Shown piece after piece: positions 1 to 9,978 of a DNA stretch of 64,000 nt (its first letter is position 1; every line of letters starts with the position of its first letter). Below the pieces are notes generated by a model that saw only the letters and a list, made by a program, of their open reading frames with translations, did no database searches and was not told the DNA's origin. The translations under genes were made by a program, and so were the position numbers. The DNA comes from an uncultured Poribacteria bacterium (lineage in GTDB: Bacteria; Poribacteria; WGA-4E; WGA-3G), in contig OX638351.1 in assembly GCA_951813565.1 (NCBI GenBank), forward strand, positions 5,152,001-5,216,000, written 5' to 3'.

Positions 1-38
1 CCAACAGCAACTATTTTGACAGAATTAGGAAAACTCTG

Positions 39-1193
39 ATGAAACCCCAAGATACAGTTATAGCAAACATAATCGCAGACAGTCTTGTAGGTCGGGTAGA
101 GCAGAGCGAAACCCGACAGGCTATCCAAACAGTTCAGAAGTGTGACACACTCAACCGACGCCAATTCTTAAACCGACTCGGCACTATTAGCGGTGTTGCG
201 CTGAGTGCCCTTCCAGCTTTCGCGCAAATTGGTGGCGGGCGTGTGTTGACCCCTCCAACGGAAACAGCAGCACTTCCTCCCGTTGTGGAAGTTATCGGCA
301 AACAGGTGTGGGAAGAGGACAGACTCAACGAGGATGCTGTTGGTGAGATGGTTGACCGTGCGATGATGAAACTCACCGGTCGCGACACGGCTAAAGAAGC
401 GTGGCGAGATTTTGTGCTGCCGGACGACATTGTTGGCATCAAAATTAATCCGCTTGCGGGTCCCAAGCTAAGTACACACGCTGTCATCGTCAACAAAATT
501 ATTGAAGGATTGTTCAGTGCTGGTGTACTCAGAAAACAGGTTATTATTTGGGATCGGTTTGAAGCACATCTGCTCAACGCTGGTTATCCGATAAAGACAG
601 ATGATGGGGATGTACGAACACTTGCCTCTGATATGGACGACATCGGTTACGATGACGAAGTATTTTATGAGACCGAACAAGATAGTATTGCCAGACGCGA
701 AAATGAGAGCACTCGTTCCCGGTATTCACGAATTGTTACAGAACAGGTAGATGTGCTAATTAATGTGCCTGTCTTGAAACATCATGATATGGCAGGTATA
801 AGTGGATGTTTGAAAAACATGGCTTTCGGTAGTGTTGATAACACAAGGAGGTTTCATGGTAGGCCGCTCTACTGTAATCCTGCTATCGGAGAAATTTTTG
901 AAAATAAGGTGCTAAAAGAAAAGGTAGTCCTCAATATTGTCGACGGATTGGTAGCATCTTATGATAACGGCCCCACATATCATGCCGAAAGTACCTGGCA
1001 ATATGGGGGTTTGTTTGTGAGTGCTGATCCGGTTATCCTTGATACACTTATTCTTCAAACCGTCAATCAGAAGCGCGAAGAGATAGGGTTGAATTCTATG
1101 TCGAAATATGCTAATCACATTACAGCAGCAAGCGGACTCGGATTGGGCAGTAATTCACTGGACCAGGTTAATCTCCAAAAAATTGAGGTATAG
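39..1193 (+). CDS. DUF362-family protein with twin-arginine (Tat) signal
   Basis: LNRRQFL Tat motif; DUF362-like motifs VGIKIN, INVPVLKHH, SGCLKN, SADPV; AGGA RBS upstream of ATG 39. Confidence 0.75.
   Translation: MKPQDTVIANIIADSLVGRVEQSETRQAIQTVQKCDTLNRRQFLNRLGTISGVALSALPAFAQIGGGRVLTPPTETAALPPVVEVIGKQVWEEDRLNEDAVGEMVDRAMMKLTGRDTAKEAWRDFVLPDDIVGIKINPLAGPKLSTHAVIVNKIIEGLFSAGVLRKQVIIWDRFEAHLLNAGYPIKTDDGDVRTLASDMDDIGYDDEVFYETEQDSIARRENESTRSRYSRIVTEQVDVLINVPVLKHHDMAGISGCLKNMAFGSVDNTRRFHGRPLYCNPAIGEIFENKVLKEKVVLNIVDGLVASYDNGPTYHAESTWQYGGLFVSADPVILDTLILQTVNQKREEIGLNSMSKYANHITAASGLGLGSNSLDQVNLQKIEV
87..118 (+). repeat. GTAG-type REP-like palindrome inside the 5' part of the DUF362 CDS
   Basis: gtag-gtcggg(tagagcagagcgaaa)cccgac; related intergenic sequence at ~40699-40720. 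Confidence 0.6.
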
Positions 1194-1197
1194 TTTC

Positions 1198-1440
1198 GTG
1201 AAGTGCAATTTTATTCCCATACTTTTTCTGTTTTGTGCGTTGTTTATTACATTTGTATTTACAGGATGCACGGTGAAGTTTACACCTAACGATGCGTTAC
1301 AGTTTAATCTATCAAAACCGACCGACGAAACAGTATCCCTTGTTGCAGAATTTGAGTCGGGTGAAGAAGATAACGTTGCGGGTGATGTGACAAAAAGTGC
1401 TGGCAGTGTCTGTGCTGGTGGGGCATGCATCATCTATTAG
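1198..1440 (+). CDS. Small putative lipoprotein with C-terminal CAGGAC motif
   Basis: GTG at 1198 just after the upstream stop; hydrophobic leader ending FTGC (lipobox); acidic linker. Confidence 0.55.
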   Translation: MKCNFIPILFLFCALFITFVFTGCTVKFTPNDALQFNLSKPTDETVSLVAEFESGEEDNVAGDVTKSAGSVCAGGACIIY

Positions 1441-1516
1441 ATCATATCTGATTACTCAAAACACACTAATAGGTCCAGTCTGAAACTAAGCTGCCCCTGA
1501 GTCAATACCTTTCCCA

Positions 1517-3523
1517 TCACTTATGCCCTACTTTTCTCTTGGCAGAGATTTTATCCCAATCCCAAAGAAGGACCGTGCCATCATCGCTACCACTTGCGAG
1601 AATTTTACCGTCGTGCGAAAACACAAGTGCTTCCACAGGTTCTGTATGTCCGGATAGAATCCCCAGGCTTTTGCCTGTTTCCACATCCCATAACTTAATT
1701 GGTGTGCTCCACATATCCATTCCAGACCCAACGAGAATGGTGCCATCAGGTGAAAAAACCAATTCATTTTTAAATCCGCCTAAATTCCCTGGTATTAAGA
1801 CAGGTTCCTCTTCCGATTCTATGTCTAATTTCCATAAATGAATACCTTCACTGCTTAGTGTTGCAAGCAGTGAACTGTCCGGTGAAAATGCCAACGTACT
1901 TGTCCTTTTGATATTAGTCGGTGTGATGTCACGTTGCGTAGAAATATCCCATATTTGTAGGTTGTCAGAACGCCCGCTGGTAGCAAGTTTTTTTCCGTCA
2001 GGTGAGAACACCAATTTTCCATTGAACGAAGGTTGTTTCGCGTTAAGTTGGAATAATTCTATTCCAGTGTGCAGGTGCCATGCTTGAATTCCTTGGCGGC
2101 TGCTTACAGCAAAAATATTGTTATCTGGTGAGAATACGGCTGCAGAAGGCCAGGTGACAACGTCTTGCCAAGGAAGGGTCAGTTCCTCACCTGCCGTTAT
2201 ATCCCATAATTGAAGATTTTTAATACCTCCACCGCCATTTCCGCCACTATGTAGTCCGAACCCTACCGGATTAAACACAATCATACCTCCGCTGCCCTGA
2301 CAAGCATAAAACTTAGCATTCGGTGACAAAACGACTGTTTGTGTGTTATTGCTATGTGCAGCGGTGAAGTTTGTCAGTTCCTGCCAAGTCTTTAGGCTCC
2401 ATACATCTACAGTTCCGTTAAAGGCTGCACTTGCGAGGGTTGTGCCATTTTCTGAAAATGCGACTGCTTTTACCCATTCTGTATGTCCAGTGGTAAAAAT
2501 ATCAAGTTGCTCTCCGTTCTCTGGATTCCAGAAACGTATTGTCCCATCTGCACTCCCACTCGCAAGACACCCGCTGTAACGAGGTGTTCCCATAGGTGCG
2601 AAGGTTAAAGCGTTTATGGTGTTTTTATGACTTGTGATGTTTACCCGTTCTTTTTTTGTTTCTGAATCCCAGAGTTTGATTACGTTGCCTGCGTCACCAC
2701 TGGCAACGGTTTTCCCATCTTCAGAAAAAGCAACAGTTGTAACCCAGGCCGCATGTCCTTTAAGCGTAGCAAGTTCTGCATGGTTTTCTATATCCCATAA
2801 CACCACCGTTTTGTCCTCACTCCCACTTGCGAGGATTTTTTTATCTTGTGATAACGCCAGTGCCTGAATATCCGTGTCCTTGCCACGCCAATTCGCTTGG
2901 AAAGTTGCCTGTTGGTTACTTGTTGTTGTATCCCATAAGTGAATTTTTCTACCCCGGTCTGCAGCTGCAAAGCTTCCACCATCTTGAGAAAAGACAACTA
3001 CATCGCATGAAGCAGCTAAACTTGCATTCGATAATGTCCTACCGGTGTCTATATTCCAATAAGTTATTTCCTTACCTCTATTTATACTGATTAATGTCCT
3101 GCCATAGAATGTCAATGCAGATAATACATTGGGAACCTGAGTTAATCTTAATGTTGAGAGTTTGCTTTTAGTTTCTATGTCCCAAACTTGGATAATAGGA
3201 TTGTTAAATCCACCACTTGCGAGCATATTTCCATCTTGTGAAAAAGCAAGTGCGTTGACATGTCCAGTATGTCCTGTGAATAAAGCGGTCTCTTTACCAT
3301 CTGGTACATCGTATAACCATACCCCTACATCTGTTCCTACTGCGAGGTGCGTGCCATCAGGAGAAAACCGCATGATATTAATTCCGCCTTTCCCAAGACG
3401 TGCAATTGCACCTTCTGGTAGACCGACCTGTGTATTGTCTTGTGCGAAACTGGTTGAGAGAATTGATGCAGTCAAGAGAAAAATGATGCATAATTGATTT
3501 TTGATTTTCATTATTAAACTCAT
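1517..3523 (-). CDS. Secreted WD40-repeat protein (array member, core type A)
   Basis: Signal peptide, QDNTQVGLPEGAIARLGKGG leader, many GH...WD repeats; alternative start 3511. Confidence 0.92.
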   Translation of the reverse strand: MSLIMKIKNQLCIIFLLTASILSTSFAQDNTQVGLPEGAIARLGKGGINIMRFSPDGTHLAVGTDVGVWLYDVPDGKETALFTGHTGHVNALAFSQDGNMLASGGFNNPIIQVWDIETKSKLSTLRLTQVPNVLSALTFYGRTLISINRGKEITYWNIDTGRTLSNASLAASCDVVVFSQDGGSFAAADRGRKIHLWDTTTSNQQATFQANWRGKDTDIQALALSQDKKILASGSEDKTVVLWDIENHAELATLKGHAAWVTTVAFSEDGKTVASGDAGNVIKLWDSETKKERVNITSHKNTINALTFAPMGTPRYSGCLASGSADGTIRFWNPENGEQLDIFTTGHTEWVKAVAFSENGTTLASAAFNGTVDVWSLKTWQELTNFTAAHSNNTQTVVLSPNAKFYACQGSGGMIVFNPVGFGLHSGGNGGGGIKNLQLWDITAGEELTLPWQDVVTWPSAAVFSPDNNIFAVSSRQGIQAWHLHTGIELFQLNAKQPSFNGKLVFSPDGKKLATSGRSDNLQIWDISTQRDITPTNIKRTSTLAFSPDSSLLATLSSEGIHLWKLDIESEEEPVLIPGNLGGFKNELVFSPDGTILVGSGMDMWSTPIKLWDVETGKSLGILSGHTEPVEALVFSHDGKILASGSDDGTVLLWDWDKISAKRKVGHK

Positions 3524-5850
3524 TTCATTGCTTTTTTCCCTCCGTTAAGGACCTTGTGTTTCAGGTTACCTTCCTCATCAAACGTGAACGTACATATCCC
3601 TACACCATCTACACGAATTTCAAGAACACCGTTTCCGTCAATTTTAATATTTACATTACCGCTACCTATTCTACCTCCGCCGAAACCTGAAATTGTGGAA
3701 CTACTTCTACCGCGTGTAAGCGTATATCCTTTTGAGGTTTTCTTAACTTTATAACCGTTTTTCTGCAACCAGTTTACAATCGCTTCTGCTTCTTCTGCCT
3801 TGCTGGCGTATTCCACTGGCTCATCAGGAGGCGTTAGATTGCTGCTCAGGTTTTTTCCTATAGCATCATTTTTCGCTTTGGCGACAATTTTTTTCCAATC
3901 CCAGAGAAGGACTGTACCATCTTTGCTTCCACTTCCCAACGTTTTGCCATCTGTTGAAAATTCTAAGGTTGTAACTTTCTCAGTATGTCCTGATAGTGTT
4001 CCAAGATCCCAACCGTTGTTCACATCCCATAACTGAATTAGATACTTCCAACCTTTCATTCTTGAAGCAAGAACGACCTCTCCATCAGGTGTGAACTTCA
4101 ATTCTTGACTTGACCCAATATTAAGTATTTTACCACGCTGCTTCATGCCGGTTGGTGTGATATCCCAAAAAATAATACTATCTTGATGTCCGGCGGCAAG
4201 GAGTGTGCTGTCGTGTGAAAATGCCAAGGCTGTGGTTCTTTTCATGTAAAGCGGTGTAATTTCTTGCTGTGTAACTACATCCCATATTTGTGTTGGGACG
4301 TTAAGGCCACTTGATGCAAGTAGTTTACCATTAGGAGAAAACACTAACTTCCTTGGAGAAGGTGAATCCAAGTTAAAGTGAAACATTTCCTTACCTGTGT
4401 TTATATCCCACGAAAGAATACCACCTTTGTGACCAAACAATGCGACAAGTATTTTGTTGCTCGGAGAGATTGTTAATACGTCTACAGATCTGTTAATATT
4501 CTCCCAAGGTCCAGGAATTTGATTACCAGCGATAATATCCCATAATTGGATTTGCTGCCGAACTTTTCTGCTATTCCATGCACCGAGATATTCAAAACTA
4601 TGTGGTGCGAATGCCAATGTTTTTCCGTTGATGCCTTGGCTCACAAAATGCGTGGCATCCGCTGAAAATGCAATTCCATTGGTATCATCGCTCTGTGCAT
4701 CAGAGAATGTATTAAGTTCACTGTTAGTAATTAAACTCCATATCTCGACTGTACCAGTAAAGGAAGCACTTGTGAGAATTGTACCGTTTTCTGAGAATGC
4801 AATTGTCTTAACCCACTCTGTGTGTCCAGCTGTGAAAGTAGAAATTACTTCCCCTGTGTCTTGATTCCAGAGCCTGATTGTGCCATCGTAACTGCCACTC
4901 GCCAATGTCTTTCCATCAGGTGAAAACGCTAATACGCTGACACCATTTGTATGCCCAAAGAGCGTAGCTCGTTCCTGTTTTGTGTTTAGATCCCATAGTT
5001 TGATGACTTTATCCGTATCGCCACTTGCTAATGTACTCCCATCAGCTGAGAAGGCAACAGCTATAACCCACCCATTATGTCCTTTGAACGTAGCAAGGTT
5101 TCTACGATTATCAGTATTCCACAACCTTACAGTTTTATCTTGACTTCCACTTGCAAGCATTTTTCCGTCGTAAGAAAACGCCAAGGTCCAAATATCTTTA
5201 TCTTCTCTTTTCAGTAAACCTGCATGCCCCTTTAAACGTGCGCTTCGCCTGCCCGTTGTTACATCACATAAGTTGATTTTCCCATCGCTATACCCAATGG
5301 CAAAAAAGTTGCTATCTGGAGAAAATACGACCACCTCGCCTGTGTGGTCGTATTCTAAATCGGACGATTTAATGCCGGATTCAATATCCCAATGTCTGAT
5401 ATTTCCAAACATGTCTAAACATATAAATGTTTTAGCGTCTATAGAGAACGCTAAGGCTTTGATAGAATCACTACCATTAGTTAATGGGAAGTTTGATAGT
5501 TTAGTACCAGTTTCTAAATCCCATAGTTGAATAACGGGGTTTGAAAATCCGCCGCTTGCGAGTGTTTTTCCATCCGGGGAAAAAGCAAGTGCATTCACTT
5601 GGCCGGTATGTCCTGTGAATAAAGCGGTCTCTTTACCATCTGCCACATCGTATAGCCATACGCCGACATCCGTTCCTACTGCGAGGTGCGTGCCATCCGG
5701 TGAAAACCGCATCACATTGATCCCACCTTTTCCAAGTCGCGCTATCGCGCCTTCAGGTAGACCGACCTGTGTATTGTCTTGTGCGAAACTGGTTGAGAGC
5801 ATCGCAGCAATCAACGGGAAAATAATGAAAAATGGATGTTTCGTTTTCAT
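3520..5850 (-). CDS. Secreted WD40-repeat protein (core type B) with ~120-aa unique C-terminal extension
   Basis: Same leader and WD repeats; extra sequence after VLLWDW. Confidence 0.92.
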   Translation of the reverse strand: MKTKHPFFIIFPLIAAMLSTSFAQDNTQVGLPEGAIARLGKGGINVMRFSPDGTHLAVGTDVGVWLYDVADGKETALFTGHTGQVNALAFSPDGKTLASGGFSNPVIQLWDLETGTKLSNFPLTNGSDSIKALAFSIDAKTFICLDMFGNIRHWDIESGIKSSDLEYDHTGEVVVFSPDSNFFAIGYSDGKINLCDVTTGRRSARLKGHAGLLKREDKDIWTLAFSYDGKMLASGSQDKTVRLWNTDNRRNLATFKGHNGWVIAVAFSADGSTLASGDTDKVIKLWDLNTKQERATLFGHTNGVSVLAFSPDGKTLASGSYDGTIRLWNQDTGEVISTFTAGHTEWVKTIAFSENGTILTSASFTGTVEIWSLITNSELNTFSDAQSDDTNGIAFSADATHFVSQGINGKTLAFAPHSFEYLGAWNSRKVRQQIQLWDIIAGNQIPGPWENINRSVDVLTISPSNKILVALFGHKGGILSWDINTGKEMFHFNLDSPSPRKLVFSPNGKLLASSGLNVPTQIWDVVTQQEITPLYMKRTTALAFSHDSTLLAAGHQDSIIFWDITPTGMKQRGKILNIGSSQELKFTPDGEVVLASRMKGWKYLIQLWDVNNGWDLGTLSGHTEKVTTLEFSTDGKTLGSGSKDGTVLLWDWKKIVAKAKNDAIGKNLSSNLTPPDEPVEYASKAEEAEAIVNWLQKNGYKVKKTSKGYTLTRGRSSSTISGFGGGRIGSGNVNIKIDGNGVLEIRVDGVGICTFTFDEEGNLKHKVLNGGKKAMK

Positions 5851-5871
5851 AGGTTATTTTCCTTTGTTATT

Positions 5872-7860
5872 TTATTTTTTCTTATCAGATATTTTTTCCC
5901 AATCCCAGAGGAGGACTGTGCCATCTGCACTTCCGCTTGCAAGAATCTTCCCGTCCTGTGAAAACTTAAGCGTCTCTATCGGTTCTGTATGCCCAGATAA
6001 GTTTTCCAGACGTCTACCTTTTTCCACATCCCATAACTGAATTGGGTAACTCCACATATCACTTCCAGGACCAACCAGAATAGTGCCATCAGGTGAAAGT
6101 ATCACGCTATCTCTGAATCCATCTAATTTGCCTGGTAGATAAGTTATATTGTTAGGTTTATCGGCTAATTCTATGTCTAAATTCCACAAGTAAATACCGT
6201 TCTTGCGGATCATGGCAAGAGTAGAACTGTCATGTGAAAAAAGCGATACCCTTACATTCTCGATATTGGGCGGAGATATGTCACGCTGAGTAGTAATATC
6301 CCAGACGTTTGGACTATTACTATGACTGAAAGCAGCAAGTTTTTTCCCATCAGGCGAGAACACTAATCTCTTACTGAATTCAGGTTTTTCTATCTTAAGT
6401 TGGAACAATTCAATCCCTGTTTTAAGGTGCAACGCTCGAATTACTCGATCATCGCCTACTACCAAAATGTTGTTGTAAGGTGAAATTGCAAATACTGATG
6501 TTCTGTTGTTATCTTCCAGCCAAGGAATAGAGAGTTTCTCACCTGTGGCTATATCCCAAAATTGAAGATTGTTTGAATCTACACCTTCTCTGCTACTTTG
6601 GAATCCGAATCCACCCGGATTGAAGTAAGACATACCTTCACTGCCACGACAAGCGAAATACATAGCATTCGGTGACAAAACGACTGTCTCGGCTATATTG
6701 ATATGTTCGTCCGTGAGGGTAATGCGTTCCTGCCGAGTCTTTAGACTCCATAGATCGAGAGTGCCATTAAATGCCACACTTGCGATGGTTTTGCCATTTT
6801 CAGAGAATGCGATTTTTTTCACCCACTCTGTATGTCCAGTGGTAAAAATATCAAGTTGCTCTCCGTTCTCTGGATTCCAGAAACGTATTGTCCCATCTGC
6901 ACTCCCACTCGCAAGACACCCGCTGTAACGAGGTGTTCCCTCAGGTGCGAAAGTTAAAGCGTTTATGGTGTTTTTATGTCCTGTAAGGGTGGCACGTTCT
7001 TTCTGTGATTCTAAATCCCAGATTTTGATTGCCTTCCTTGCATCACCACTGGCAAAGATATTTCCATCATCTGAAAATGCGATGGCAGTAACCCAGGCAT
7101 CATGTCCTTTAAGCGTCACAAGTTCGGTGTGGTTTTGGGTATCCCACAACTTCACTGTTTTGTCCTCACTCCCGCTTGCGAGGATTTTTTTATCTTGTGA
7201 TAACGCCAGCGTCAAGATGTTCTTATCTCTACCATCTCCATGTCCCATGAAAGTTGCGTATTGACTGTTTGTCGTTGTATTCCACAACTGAATTTTTCCT
7301 CTTCGGTTCGCAGCAGCAAGGCGACTGCCATCTTCAGAAAATATGACATTATAGCTTGGAACAACAAAACTTTTTTCTGATAATTCTCTATCTGCGTCTA
7401 TATTCAAGTAGGAAATTTTACGTGACCTGTTTATACCGATAAGCATTCTGCCATAAAATGTCAATGCAGATAATTCATTACGCCTCTGAGTTAATGTAAG
7501 GGTAGAGAGTTTACTTTTAGTTGCTACATCCCAAACGTGAATGAAAGGGTCGTTAGAACCACCGCTTGCGAGGTGTTTTCCATCAGATGAAAAAGCAAGT
7601 GCATTCACTTGGCCGGTATGCTCTGTAAACAGGGGCGTCTCTTTCCCATCCGGCACATCGTATAACCAAACCCCTACATCTGTTCCGACGGCAAGGCGTG
7701 TGCCATCGGGGGAAAACCGCATGATGTTAATCCCGCCCTTTCCAAGCCGTGCGATGGCTCCTTCTGGTAAACCGACCTGTGTGTTGCCTTGTGCGAGACT
7801 GGGTGAAAACACCGCAGTAACCCACAACAAAGTGATGAAGTAAACGTATCTTATTTTCAT
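5872..7860 (-). CDS. Secreted WD40-repeat protein (core type A)
   Basis: Signal peptide, conserved leader, WD repeats, PRYSGCLASG motif. Confidence 0.92.
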   Translation of the reverse strand: MKIRYVYFITLLWVTAVFSPSLAQGNTQVGLPEGAIARLGKGGINIMRFSPDGTRLAVGTDVGVWLYDVPDGKETPLFTEHTGQVNALAFSSDGKHLASGGSNDPFIHVWDVATKSKLSTLTLTQRRNELSALTFYGRMLIGINRSRKISYLNIDADRELSEKSFVVPSYNVIFSEDGSRLAAANRRGKIQLWNTTTNSQYATFMGHGDGRDKNILTLALSQDKKILASGSEDKTVKLWDTQNHTELVTLKGHDAWVTAIAFSDDGNIFASGDARKAIKIWDLESQKERATLTGHKNTINALTFAPEGTPRYSGCLASGSADGTIRFWNPENGEQLDIFTTGHTEWVKKIAFSENGKTIASVAFNGTLDLWSLKTRQERITLTDEHINIAETVVLSPNAMYFACRGSEGMSYFNPGGFGFQSSREGVDSNNLQFWDIATGEKLSIPWLEDNNRTSVFAISPYNNILVVGDDRVIRALHLKTGIELFQLKIEKPEFSKRLVFSPDGKKLAAFSHSNSPNVWDITTQRDISPPNIENVRVSLFSHDSSTLAMIRKNGIYLWNLDIELADKPNNITYLPGKLDGFRDSVILSPDGTILVGPGSDMWSYPIQLWDVEKGRRLENLSGHTEPIETLKFSQDGKILASGSADGTVLLWDWEKISDKKK

Positions 7861-7863
7861 GCA

Positions 7864-9906
7864 TTAATTTCCTTTGTTTTCTTTTGCTTTGGTAATGATT
7901 TTTTCCCAATCCCAGAGAAGGACTGCGCCATCCGCAGCACCACTTGCGAGTATTTTGCCATCGTGTGAGAATGCCAGTGTTTCAATCCATTTCGTATGCC
8001 CAGACACCGTACCAAGGTTTCTACCTGTATCCACATCCCATAATTTGATGAGATATTTTCGACTTTCTGATTGAATACCAAGAAGGGTTTTCCCATCTGG
8101 AGAGAATATTGATATTGTAGCAATTGCTTGATGACCCTTAGGTGTGATTCCCTTATGTTTTTCCAAACCCGTTGGTGTTACACGCCATAGACTAACAACA
8201 GGTAGACCATCATCATCTGTATGATTAAGTGCAACGGTTGTGTTGTCAGGTGAAAACGCCAATGCATAGGTATATTTGATATTGGGAAAAGCGATTTTTT
8301 GCTGTGTATCGAGGTTCCAGAACTGTGTTTGGCCTTTGTTTCCATACATAGCAAAGAGCATACCGTTTGGTGAAAAAACCAGCTCTTGTGATCGAGAGAG
8401 TTTTATTTTAAAACTAAATATCCTAACACCAGAGTTTATATCCCACAACTGTACAACCCCTTCTTTATAAGGCACAATGGCAAAAGTATTATTATCCGGT
8501 GAAAAGGCAAGTCCTGAAGCCTTTAGTGGAAAAGATTTCAGTTCGTCACCGGTAGGAAGAATCGACAACCGAGTTTCATTGTGCGATTTCCATCTGGTCG
8601 TTGTACTTGTGCCATTTGAACTTACAATAGTGTCTACCCCGTTGCATGCAAAGAGTGTTGCGTCTTGAGAAAACGCAAAGGCATTTATCCTATCGTAATG
8701 TGGCATTGATGGAGGAGGTAATTCTTCTCCTGTTTTTACATTCCATATCTGTACTGTCCCATTCGATGCTGCACTACTAAGTATAGCGTCACTTGTACTG
8801 AATGCAACTGCTTCTACTGATTCTGTATATCCTGTAGCAACGATTATACGTTCTTTTCCGGTATTTGTGTCCCAGAAACGTACAGAGCCATCAGCACTTC
8901 CACTGGCAAGTAGTCCTTTTTCGGTAGGAGAGAACACCATTGTCTTGATACTATTCTTGTGTCCAGAGAGCGTAGCAACATGATGACCTTCGTTGGCATC
9001 CCACAACATAATTGTTTTGTCAGCACTTCCACTGGCAAGTAATTTGCTGTCAGGTGAAAAAGTAATGGTATTTATTATTTCAGAATGTCCTTTAAGATTA
9101 ACACGTTGGATTCTGGTAGCAGTATCCCACAACCGTATTATATTATCGTCGTGTGCACTCGCGATGGTTTTTCCATCAGGTGAAAAGGCTAACCTTTCAA
9201 CCCCTTTTGGGTCCTTATTCTCCTTGGTGTTTTCACCGAGTAAATTAGAGATTGTATTTCCTGATGAGCGTTTTGGTTTCTCTTTGAAAACTTCTCCAAA
9301 ACTGCCGCTTGCTGTATCCCACAAACGAATTTCATTTTTTTCAGGTTCTCCGTAGACAAACGTTCTACAGTCTGGAGTAAATGCTGCTACAAAGCCCCAA
9401 CCACCGAAACGTCTCGTTGAAATTCTTTCACCTGTTTCAATGTCCCATTCAATAACAATACCGGACACACTGAGACCGAACAGTGTATTATTGTCTTTGG
9501 CAAATACCAATTCATAAAGGTGAGCGGGGACATCGTTTAATATGTGAGCTGGTTGTATGTTAGCAGTACTAAGATCCCAGAACTGAATGACAGGATTGTT
9601 AAACCCTCCGCTTGCGAGGTGTTTTCCATCAGATGAAAATGCAAGAGCGTTCACTTGTCCAGCATGTCCTGTGAATAAAGCAGTTTCTTTTCCATCAGGT
9701 AAATCGTATAGCCATACGCCGACATCTGTACCTACTGCGAGGTGCGTGCCATCAGGTGAAAATCGCATGATGTTAATCCCGCCCTTTCCAAGCCGTGCAA
9801 TTGCACCTTCAGGTAGACCGACCTGTGTATTGTCTTGTCCGAAACTGAAAGAGATTAACACTGCCGTCAATAGAATAGTGGTGAAGGATAAGTATTTGGT
9901 TTTCAT
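7864..9906 (-). CDS. Secreted WD40-repeat protein (core type C)
   Basis: Signal peptide, leader, WD repeats, GEPEKNEIRLWD and AHDDN motifs. Confidence 0.92.
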   Translation of the reverse strand: MKTKYLSFTTILLTAVLISFSFGQDNTQVGLPEGAIARLGKGGINIMRFSPDGTHLAVGTDVGVWLYDLPDGKETALFTGHAGQVNALAFSSDGKHLASGGFNNPVIQFWDLSTANIQPAHILNDVPAHLYELVFAKDNNTLFGLSVSGIVIEWDIETGERISTRRFGGWGFVAAFTPDCRTFVYGEPEKNEIRLWDTASGSFGEVFKEKPKRSSGNTISNLLGENTKENKDPKGVERLAFSPDGKTIASAHDDNIIRLWDTATRIQRVNLKGHSEIINTITFSPDSKLLASGSADKTIMLWDANEGHHVATLSGHKNSIKTMVFSPTEKGLLASGSADGSVRFWDTNTGKERIIVATGYTESVEAVAFSTSDAILSSAASNGTVQIWNVKTGEELPPPSMPHYDRINAFAFSQDATLFACNGVDTIVSSNGTSTTTRWKSHNETRLSILPTGDELKSFPLKASGLAFSPDNNTFAIVPYKEGVVQLWDINSGVRIFSFKIKLSRSQELVFSPNGMLFAMYGNKGQTQFWNLDTQQKIAFPNIKYTYALAFSPDNTTVALNHTDDDGLPVVSLWRVTPTGLEKHKGITPKGHQAIATISIFSPDGKTLLGIQSESRKYLIKLWDVDTGRNLGTVSGHTKWIETLAFSHDGKILASGAADGAVLLWDWEKIITKAKENKGN

Positions 9907-9978
9907 ATATTAATTTCCTATCTTTTCTTTTGCTTTGGAGATGATCTTGTCCCAGTCCCAAAGAAGAACAGTGCCATC
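9785..9978. repeat. Gene-junction repeat, identical to 13921-14114 and near-identical to ~15913-16106
   Basis: Direct comparison; spans the 3' end of one WD40 gene, the 3-bp spacer and the signal/leader of the next. Confidence 0.88.
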
